Positions 1 through 9,689 of a DNA stretch of 64,000 nucleotides are shown here, piece after piece (position 1 is the stretch's first letter; every line of letters begins with the position of its first letter). This DNA is from Eledone cirrhosa. Lineage: Eukaryota. The stretch covers positions 5,828,001 to 5,892,000 of the forward strand of contig OZ024745.1 in NCBI GenBank assembly GCA_964016885.1. Reading direction: 5' to 3'. A program made the position numbers and the translations under genes. Below the pieces are notes generated by a model. The model searched no databases. It had not been told where the DNA came from and saw nothing but the letters and a program-made list of their open reading frames with translations.

Positions 1-959
1 GTTTGAGGTGGTGGATGGTCTAGTGTCGTGGGTTTGTTCCTGGTTTGAGGTGGTGGGTGGTCTAGTGTCGTGGGTTTTTTCCTGGTTTGAGGTGGTGGGT
101 GGTCTAGTGTCGTGGGTTTGATTCCTGGTTTGAGGTGGTGGATGGTCTAGTGTCGTGGGGTTTGATTCCTGGGTTGGGGTGGTGGGTGGTCTAGTGTCGT
201 GGGTTTGATTCCTGGGTTGGGGTGGTGGGTGGTCTAGTGTCGTGGGTTTGTTCCTGGTTTGAGGTGGTGGATGGTCTAGTGTCGTGGGTTTGATTCCTGG
301 GTTGGGGTGGTGGGTGGTCTAGTGTCGTGGGGTTGATTCCTGGGTTGGGGTGGTGGGTGGTCTAGTGTCGTGGGTTTGATTCCTGGTTTGAGGTGGTGGG
401 TGGTCTATTATCGTGGGTTTGATTCCTGGTTTGAGGTGGTGGATGGTCTAGTGTCGTGGGTTTGTTCCTGGTTTGAGGTGGTGGATGGTCTAGTGTCGTG
501 GGTTTGTTCCTGGTTTGAGGTGGTGGATGGTCTAGTGTCGTGGGTTTGTTCCTGGTTTGAGGTGGTGGGTGGTCTAGTGTCGTGGGTTTGTTCCTGGTTT
601 GAGGTGGTGGATAGTCTAGTGTCGTGGGTTTGTTCCTGGTTTGAAGTGGTGGATGGTCTAGTGTCGTGGGTTTGTTCCAGGGTTTGAGGTGGTGGGTGGT
701 CTAGTGTCGTGGGTTTGTTCCTGGTTTGAGGTGGTGGGTGGTCTAGTGTCGTGGGTTTGTTCCTGGTTTGAGCTGGTGGATAGTCTAGTGTCGTGGTTTT
801 GTTCCTGGTTTGAGGTGGTGGATGGTCTAGTGTCGTGGGTTTGTTCCTGGTTTGAGGTGGTGGATGGTCTAGTGTCGTGGGTTTGTTCCTGGTTTGAGGT
901 GGTGGATGGTCTAGTGTCGTGGGTTTGTTCCTGGTTTGAGGTGGTGGGTGGTCTAGTGT

Positions 960-2050
960 CGTGGGGTTGATTCCGAGGTTGGGAGGTGGCTAGTCTAATG
1001 TCGTGGGTTTGATTCCTGGTTTGAGGTGGTGGGTGGTCTAGTGTCGTGGGTTTGATTCCTGGTTTGAGGTGGTGGGTGGTCTAGTGTCGTGGGGTGATTC
1101 CTGGGTTGAGGTGGTGGGTGGTCTAGTGTCGTGGGTTTGATTCCTGGTTTGAGGTGGTGGGTGGTCTAGTGTCGTGGGGTTGATTCCTAGGTTGGGAGGT
1201 GGGTAGTCTAGTGTCGTGGGTTGATTCGTGGTTTGAGGTGGTGGGTGGTCTAGTGTCGTGGGATTGATTCCTGGTTTGAGGTGGTGGGTGGTCTAGTGTC
1301 GTGGGATGGATTCCTGGTTTGAGGTGGTGGGTGGTCTAGTGTCATGGGGTTGCTTCCTAGGTCCTAGGTTGCGGTGGTGGGTGGTCTAGTGTCGTGGGGT
1401 TGATTCATGGGTTGGGGTGGTGGGTGGTCTAGTGTCGTGGGGTTGATTCCCGGGTTGGGGTGGTGGGTGATCTAGTGTCGTTGGTTTGATTCTTGGGTTG
1501 AGGTGGTGGGTGGTCTAGTGTCGTGGGTTTGATTCCTGATTTGAGGTGGTGGGTGGTCTAGTGTCGTGGGGTTGATTCCTGGTTTGAGAAGGTGGGTGGT
1601 CTAGTGTCGTGGGGTTGATTCCTGGTTTCAGGTGGTGGGTGATCTAGTGTCGTGGGTTTGATTCCTGGCTTGGGGTGGTGGGTGGTCTAGTGTCGTGGGT
1701 TGGATTCCTGGGTTGGGGTGGTGGGTGGTCTAGTGTCGTGGGGTTGATTCCTGGTTTGAGGTGGTGGGTGGTCTAGTGTCGTGGGGTTGATTCCTGGGTT
1801 GGGGTGGTGGGTAGTCTAGTGTCGTGGGTTTGATTCCTGGTTTGAGGTGGTGGGTGGTCTAGTGTCGTGGGGTTGATTCCTGGTTTGAGGTGGTGGGTGA
1901 TCTAGTGTCGTGGGTTTGATTCCTATCTTGGGGTGGTGGGTGGTCTAGTGTCGTGGGTTTGATTCCTGGGTCGGGGTGGTGGGTGGTCTAGTGTCGTGGG
2001 TTTGATTCCTGGGTTGTGGTGGTGGGTGGTCTAGTGTCGTGGGTTTGATT
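960..2050 (+). repeat. Diverged cassette A (mostly 43-mers), first copy; others at ~3180-4430, ~5750-6990, ~8480-9560, partial ~11000-11470 and ~13550-14020, ~15320-16110, ~34720-35550
   Basis: Ordered private variants: GCTTCCTAGGTCCTAGG, GATTCATGGG, GATTCCCGGG, GATTCTTGGG, CCTGATTTGAG, GAGAAGG, TTTCAGG, CCTATCTTGG, CCTGGGTCGGGG. CCTAGGTCCTAGG starts at 1356, 3580, 6144, 8793, 15351 and 34748. Confidence 0.9.
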
Positions 2051-3059
2051 CCTGGTTTGAGGTGGTGGATGGTCTAGTGTCGTGGATTTGTTCCTGGTTT
2101 GAGGTGGTGGGTGGTCTAGTGTCGTGGGTTTGTTCCTGGTTTGAGGTGGTGGATGGTCTAGTGTCGTGGGTTTGTTCCTGGTTTGAGGTGGTGGATGGTC
2201 TAGTGTCGTGGGTTTGTTCCTGGTTTGACGTGGTGGATGGTCTAGTGTCGTGGGTTTGTTCCTGGTTTGAGGTGGTGGATGGTCTAGTGTCGTGGGTTTG
2301 TTCCTGGTTTGAGGTGGTGGATGGTCTAGTGTCGTGGGTTTTTTCCTGGTTTGAGGTGGTGGGTGGTCTAGTGTCGTGGGTTTGATTCCTGGTTTGAGGT
2401 GGTGGATGGTCTAGTGTCGTGGGTTTGATTCCTGGGTTGGGGTGGTGGGTGGTCTAGTGTCGTGGGTTTGATTCCTGGGTTTGGGTGGTGGGTGGTCTAG
2501 TGTCGTGGGTTTGTTCCTGGTTTGAGGTGGTGGATAGTCTAGTGTCGTGGGTTTGTTCCTGGTTTGAGGTGGTGGATGGTCTAGTGTCGTGGGTTTGTTC
2601 CTGGGTTTGAGGTGGTGGGTGGTCTAGTAACGTGGGTTTGTTCCTGGTTTGAGGTGCTGGGTGGTCTAGTGTCGTGGGTTTGTTCCTGGTTTGAGGTGGT
2701 GGGTGGTCTAGTGTCGTGGGTTTTTTCCTGGTTTGAGGTGGTGGGTGGTCTAGTGTCGTGGGTTTGATTCCTGGTTTGAGGTGGTGGATGGTCTAGTGTC
2801 GTGGGTTTGATTCCTGGGTTGGGGTGGTGGGTGGTCTAGTGTCGTGGGTTTGATTCCTGGGTTGGGGTGGTGGCTGCTCTAGTGTCGTGGGTTTGTTCCT
2901 GGTTTGAGGTGGTGGATGGTCTAGTGTCGTGGGTTTGATTCCTGGGTTGGGGTGGTGGGTGGTCTAGTGTCGTGGGTTTGATTCCTGGTTTGAGGTGGTG
3001 GGTGGTCTATTATCGTGGGTTTGATTCCTGGTTTGAGCTGGTGGATGGTCTAGTGTCGT

Positions 3060-6000
3060 GGGTTTGTTCCTGGTTTGAGGTGGTGGATGGTCTAGTGTCG
3101 TGGGTTTGTTCCTGGTTTGAGGTGGTGGATGGTCTAGTGTCGTGGGTTTGTTCCTGGTTTGAGGTGGTGGGTGGTCTAGTGTCGTGGGGTTGATTCCTAG
3201 GTTGGGAGGTGGGTAGTCTAATGTCGTGGGTTTGATTCCTGGTTTGAGGTGGTGGGTGGTCTAGTGTCGTGGGTTTGATTCCTGGTTTGAGGTGGTGGGT
3301 GGTCTAGTGTCGTGGGGTGATTCCTGGGTTGAGGTGGTGGGTGGTCTAGTGTCGTGGGTTTGATTCCTGGTTTGAGGTGGTGGGTGGTCTAGTGTCGTGG
3401 GGTTGATTCCTAGGTTGGGAGGTGGGTAGTCTAGTGTCGTGGGTTTGATTCGTGGTTTGAGGTGGTGGGTGGTCTAGTGTCGTGGGATTGATTCCTGGTT
3501 TGAGGTGGTGGGTGGTCTAGTGTCGTGGGATTGATTCCTGGTTTGAGGTGGTGGGTGGTCTAGTGTCATGGGGTTGCTTCCTAGGTCCTAGGTTTGGGTG
3601 GTGGGTGGTCTAGTGTCGTGGGGTTGATTCATGGGTTGGGGTGGTGGGTGGTCTAGTGTCGTGGGGTTGATTCCCGGGTTGGGGTGGTGGGTGATCTAGT
3701 GTCGTTGGTTTGATTCTTGGGTTGAGCTGGTGGGTGGTCTAGTGTCGTGGGTTTGATTCCTGATTTGAGGTGGTGGGTGGTCTAGTGTCGTGGGGTTGAT
3801 TCCTGGTTTGAGAAGGTGGGTGGTCTAGTGTCGTGGGGTTGATTCCTGGTTTCAGGTGGTGGGTGATCTAGTGTCGTGGGTTTGATTACTGGCTTGGGGT
3901 GGTGGGTGGTCTAGTGTCGTGGGTTGGATTCCTGGGTTGGGGTGGTGGGTGGTCTAGTGTCGTGGGGTTGATTCCTGGTTTGAGGTGGTGGGTGGTCTAG
4001 TGTCGTGGGGTTGATTCCTGCGTTGGGGTGGTGGGTAGTCTAGTGTCGTGGGTTTGATTCCTGGTTTGAGGTGGTGGGTGGTCTAGTGTCATGGGGTTGA
4101 TTCCTGGTTTGAGGTGGTGGGTGGTCTAGTGTCGTGGGGTTGATTCCTGGTTTGAGAAGGTGGGTGGTCTAGTGTCGTGGGGTTGATTCCTGGTTTCAGG
4201 TGGTGGGTGATCTAGTGTCGTGGGTTTGATTCCTGGGTTGGGGTGGTGCGTGGTCTAGTGTCGTGGTTTTGATTCCTGGGTCGGGGTGGTGGGTGGTCTA
4301 GTGTCGTGGGTTTGATTCCTGGGTTGGGGTGGTGAGTGGTCTAGTGTCGTGGGTTTGATTCCTGTGTTGGGGTGGTGGGTGGTCTAGTGTCGTGGGGTTG
4401 ATTCCTGGGTTGGGGTGGTGGGTGGTCTATTATCGTGGGTTTGATTCCTGGTTTGAGGTGGTGGATGGTCTAGTGTCGTGGGTTTGTTCCTGGTTTGAGG
4501 TGGTGGATGGTCTAGTGTCGTGGGTTTGTTCCTGGTTTGAGGTGGTGGATGGTCTAGTGTCGTGGATTTGTTCCTGGTTTGAGGTGGTGGGTGGTCTAGT
4601 GTCGTGGGTTTGTTCCTGGTTTGAGGTGGTGGATGGTCTAGTGTCGTGGGTTTGTTCCTGGTTTGAGGTGGTGGATGGTCTAGTGTCGTGGGTTTGTTCC
4701 TGGTTTGACGTGGTGGATGGTCTAGTGTCGTGGGTTTGTTCCTGGTTTGAGGTGGTGGATGGTCTAGTGTCGTGGGTTTGTTCCTGGTTTGAGGTGGTGG
4801 GTGGTCTAGTGTCGTGGGTTTTTTCCTGGTTTGAGGTGGTGGGTGGTCTAGTGTCGTGGGTTTGATTCCTGGTTTGAGGTGGTGGATGGTCTAGTGTCGT
4901 GGGTTTGATTCCTGGGTTGGGGTGGTGGGTGGTCTAGTGTCGTGGGTTTGATTCCTGGGTTGGGGTGGTGGGTGGTCTAGTGTCGTGGGTTTGTTCTTGG
5001 TTTGAGGTGGTGGATAGTCTAGTGTCGTGGGTTTGTTCCTGGTTTGAGGTGGTGGATGGTCTAGTGTCGTGGGTTTGTTCCTAGGTTTGAGGTGGTGGGT
5101 GGTCTAGTAACATGGGTTTGTTCCTGGTTTGAGGTGGTGGGTGGTCTAGTGTCGTAGGTTTTTTCCTGGTTTGAGGTGGTGGATGGTCTAGTGTCGTGGG
5201 TTTGTTCCTGGTTTGAGGTGGTGGGTGGTCTAGTGTCGTGGGTTTGATTCCTGTTTTGAGGTGGTGGATGTTCTAGTGTCGTTGGTTTGATTCCTGGGTT
5301 GGGGTGGTGTGTGGTCTAGTGTCGTGGGTTTGACTCCTGGGTTGGGGTGGTGGCTGGTCTAGTGTCGTGGGTTTGTTCCTGGTTTGAGGTGGTGGGTGGT
5401 CTAGTGTCGCGGGTTTGATTCCTGGGTTGGGGTGGTGGCTGGTCTAATGTCGTGGGGTTGATTCCTGGTTTGAGGTGGTGGGTGGTCTAGTGTCGTGGGT
5501 TTGATTCCTGGGTTGGGGTGGTGGGTCGTCTAGTGTCGTGGGTTTGTTCCTGGATTGAGGTGGTGGATGGTCTAGTGTCGTGGGTTTGTTCCTGGTTTGA
5601 GGGGGTGGATGGTCTAGTGTCGTGGGTTTGTTCCTGGTTTGAGGTGGTGGATGGTCTAGTGTCGTGGGTTTGTTCCTGGTTTGAGGTGGTGGATGGTCTA
5701 GTGTCGTGGGTTTGTTCCTGGTTTGAGGTGGTGGGTGGTCTAGTGTCGTGGGGTTGATTCCTAGGTTGGGAGGTGGGTAGTCTAATGTCGTGGGTTTGAT
5801 TCCTGGTTTGAGGTGGTGGGTGGTCTAGTGTCGTGGGTTTGATTCCTGGTTTGAGGTGGTGGGTGGTCTAGTGTCGTGGGGTGATTCCTGGGTTGAGGTG
5901 GTGCGTGGTCTAGTGTCGTGGGTTTGATTCCTGGTTTGAGGTGGTGGGTGGTCTAGTGTCGTGGGGTTGATTCCTAGGTTGGGAGGTGGGTAGTCTAGTG

Positions 6001-8200
6001 TCGTGGATTTGATTCGTGGTTTGAGGTGGTGGGTGGTCTAGTGTCGTGGGATTGATTCCTGGTTTGAGGTGGTGGGTGGTCTAGTGTCGTGGGATTGATT
6101 CCTGGTTTGAGGTGGTGGGTGGTCTAGTGTCATGGGGTTGCTTCCTAGGTCCTAGGTTTGGGTGGTGGGTGGTCTAGTGTCGTGGGGTTGATTCATGGGT
6201 TGGGGTGGTGGGTGGTCTAGTGTCGTGGGGTTGATTCCCGGGTTGGGGTGGTGGGTGATCTAGTGTCGTTGGTTTGATTCTTGGGTTGAGCTGGTGGGTG
6301 GTCTAGTGTCGTGGGTTTGATTCCTGATTTGAGGTGGTGGGTGGTCTAGTGTCGTGGGGTTGATTCCTGGTTTGAGAAGGTGGGTGGTCTAGTGTCGTGG
6401 GGTTGATTCCTGGTTTCAGGTGGTGGGTGATCTAGTGTCGTGGGTTTGATTACTGGCTTGGGGTGGTGGGTGGTCTAGTGTCGTGGGTTGGATTCCTGGG
6501 TTGGGGTGGTGGGTGGTCTAGTGTCGTGGGGTTGATTCCTGGTTTGAGGTGGTGGGTGGTCTAGTGTCGTGGGGTTGATTCCTGCGTTGGGGTGGTGGGT
6601 AGTCTAGTGTCGTGGGTTTGATTCCTGGTTTGAGGTGGTGGGTGGTCTAGTGTCATGGGGTTGATTCCTGGTTTGAGGTGGTGGGTGGTCTAGTGTCGTG
6701 GGGTTGATTCCTGGTTTGAGAAGGTGGGTGGTCTAGTGTCGTGGGGTTGATTCCTGGTTTCAGGTGGTGGGTGATCTAGTGTCGTGGGTTTGATTCCTGG
6801 GTTGGGGTGGTGCGTGGTCTAGTGTCGTGGTTTTGATTCCTGGGTCGGGGTGGTGGGTGGTCTAGTGTCGTGGGTTTGATTCCTGGGTTGGGGTGGTGAG
6901 TGGTCTAGTGTCGTGGGTTTGATTCCTGTGTTGGGGTGGTGGGTGGTCTAGTGTCGTGGGGTTGATTCCTGGGTTGGGGTGGTGGGTGGTCTATTATCGT
7001 GGGTTTGATTCCTGGTTTGAGGTGGTGGATGGTCTAGTGTCGTGGGTTTGTTCCTGGTTTGAGGTGGTGGATGGTCTAGTGTCGTGGGTTTGTTCCTGGT
7101 TTGAGGTGGTGGATGGTCTAGTGTCGTGGATTTGTTCCTGGTTTGAGGTGGTGGGTGGTCTAGTGTCGTGGGTTTGTTCCTGGTTTGAGGTGGTGGATGG
7201 TCTAGTGTCGTGGGTTTGTTCCTGGTTTGAGGTGGTGGATGGTCTAGTGTCGTGGGTTTGTTCCTGGTTTGACGTGGTGGATGGTCTAGTGTCGTGGGTT
7301 TGTTCCTGGTTTGAGGTGGTGGATGGTCTAGTGTCGTGGGTTTGTTCCTGGTTTGAGGTGGTGGGTGGTCTAGTGTCGTGGGTTTTTTCCTGGTTTGAGG
7401 TGGTGGGTGGTCTAGTGTCGTGGGTTTGATTCCTGGTTTGAGGTGGTGGATGGTCTAGTGTCGTGGGTTTGATTCCTGGGTTGGGGTGGTGGGTGGTCTA
7501 GTGTCGTGGGTTTGATTCCTGGGTTGGGGTGGTGGGTGGTCTAGTGTCGTGGGTTTGTTCTTGGTTTGAGGTGGTGGATAGTCTAGTGTCGTGGGTTTGT
7601 TCCTGGTTTGAGGTGGTGGATGGTCTAGTGTCGTGGGTTTGTTCCTAGGTTTGAGGTGGTGGGTGGTCTAGTAACATGGGTTTGTTCCTGGTTTGAGGTG
7701 GTGGGTGGTCTAGTGTCGTAGGTTTTTTCCTGGTTTGAGGTGGTGGATGGTCTAGTGTCGTGGGTTTGTTCCTGGTTTGAGGTGGTGGGTGGTCTAGTGT
7801 CGTGGGTTTGATTCCTGTTTTGAGGTGGTGGATGTTCTAGTGTCGTGGGTTTGATTCCTGGGTTGGGGTGGTGTGTGGTCTAGTGTCGTGGGTTTGACTC
7901 CTGGGTTGGGGTGGTGGCTGGTCTAGTGTCGTGGGTTTGTTCCTGGTTTGAGGTGGTGGGTGGTCTAGTGTCGCGGGTTTGATTCCTGGGTTGGGGTGGT
8001 GGCTGGTCTAATGTCGTGGGGTTGATTCCTGGTTTGAGGTGGTGGGTGGTCTAGTGTCGTGGGTTTGATTCCTGGGTTGGGGTGGTGGGTCGTCTAGTGT
8101 CGTGGGTTTGTTCCTGGATTGAGGTGGTGGATGGTCTAGTGTCGTGGGTTTGTTCCTGGTTTGAGGGGGTGGATGGTCTACTGTCGTGGGTTTGTTCCTG
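3060..8200 (+). repeat. Recent tandem duplication, unit 2564 bp
   Basis: ORF-track pairs 4392/6956 and 5518/8082 are both offset by 2564. Shared private variants: CCTGCGTTGG (~4018/6582), GGTGAGTGG (~4331/6895) and TGACTCC (5331/7895). Confidence 0.9.
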
Positions 8201-9348
8201 GTTTGAGGTGGTGGATGGTCTAGTGTCGTGGGTTTGTTCCTGGTTTGAGGTGGTGGGTGGTCTAGTGTCGTGGGTTTTTTCCTGGTTTGAGGTGGTGGGT
8301 GGTCTAGTGTCGTGGGTTTGATTCCTGGTTTGAGGTGGTGGCTGGTCTAGTGTCGTGGGTTTGTTCCTGGTTTGAGGAGGTGGATAGTCTAGTGTCGTGG
8401 GTTTGTTCCTGGTTTGAGGTGGTGGATGGTCTAGTGTCGTGGGTTTGTTCCTGGGTTTGAGGTGGTGGGTGGTCTAGTGTCGTGGGTTTGATTCCTGGTT
8501 TGAGGTAGTGGGTGGTCTAGTGTCGTGCGGTGATTCCTGGGTTGAGGTGGTGGGTGGTCTAGTGTCGTGGGTTTGATTCCTGGTTTGAGGTGGTGGGTGG
8601 TCTAGTGTCGTGGGGTTGATTCCTAGGTTAGGAGGTGGGTAGTCTAGTGTCGTGGGTTTGATTCGTGGTTTGAGGTGGTGGGTGGTCTAGTGAAGTGGGA
8701 TTGATTCCTGGTTTGAGGTGGTGGGTGGTCTAGTGTCGTGGGATTGATTCCTAGTTTGAGGTGGTGGGTGGTCTAGTGTCATGGGGTTGCTTCCTAGGTC
8801 CTAGGTTGGGGTGGTGGGTGGTCTTGTGTCGTGGGGTTGATTCATGGGTTGGGGTGATGGGTGGTCTAGTGTCGTGGGGTTGATTCCCGGGTTGGGGTGG
8901 TGGGTGATCTAGTGTCGTTGGTTTGATTCTTGGGTTGAGGTGGTGGGTGGTCTAGTGTCGTGGGTTTGATTCCTGATTTGAGGTGGTGGGTGGTCTAGTG
9001 TCGTGGGGTTGATTCCTGGTTTGAGAAGGTGGGTGGTCTAGTGTCGTGGGGTTGATTCCTGGTTTCAGGTGGTGGGTGATCTAGTGTCGTGGGTTTGATT
9101 ACTGGCTTGGGGTGGTGGGTGGTCTAGTGTCGTGGGTTGGATTCCTGGGTTGGGGTGGTGGGTGGTCTAGTGTCATGTGGTTGATTCCTGGTTTGAGGTG
9201 GTGGGTGGTCTAGTGTCGTGGGGTTGATTCCTGGGTTGGGGTGGTGGGTAGTCTAGTGTCGTGGGTTTGATTCCTGGTTTGAGGTGGTGGGTGGTCTAGT
9301 GTCGTGGGGTTGATTCCTGGTTTGAGGTGGTGGGTGATCTAGTGTCGT

Positions 9349-9360
9349 GGGTTCGATTCC
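9349..9360 (+). promoter_or_regulatory. Consensus-matching RNA polymerase III B-box-like motif GGGTTCGATTCC (single copy noticed; activity unknown)
   Basis: Matches the type-2 Pol III B-box consensus GTTCRANNC. Other monomers have T or G at the invariant C. Motif match only, no evidence of function. Confidence 0.3.
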
Positions 9361-9689
9361 TATCTTGGGGTGGTGGGTGGTCTAGTGTCGTGGGTTTGAT
9401 TCCTGGGTCGGGGTGGTGGGTGGTCTAGTGTCGTGGGTTTGATTCCTGGGTTGGGGTGGTGGGTGGTCTAGTGTCGTGGGTTTGATTCCTGTGTTGGGGT
9501 GGTGGGTGGTCTAGTGTCGTGGGGTTGATTCCTGGGTTGGGGTGGTGGGTGGTCTATTATCGTGGGTTTGATACCTGGTTTGAGGTGGTGGATGGTCTAG
9601 TGTCGTGGGTTTGTTCCTGGTTTGAGGTGGTGGATGGTCTAGTGTCGTGGGTTTGTTCCTGGTTTGAGGTGGTGGATGGTCTAGTGTCG

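Noticed and set aside
18-59. One CCTGG (Dcm/EcoRII) and one CTAG site per monomer as a prokaryotic methylation or iteron array
   Set aside because: There is no prokaryotic context, and a gene-free 64-kb satellite is typical of eukaryotes. The sites are useful only as restriction markers (BstNI or BfaI ladder).
18-59. Monomer as a 2 x 21-bp dimer
   Set aside because: The two halves do not align. The only internal repeats are a short GGTTTG(A) echo and GGT triplets.
98-140. Functional tRNA gene array
   Set aside because: The unit is only 42-43 nt, has no anticodon arm or 5' acceptor strand, and has too few C residues to fold a cloverleaf. Only A/B-box-like remnants are present.
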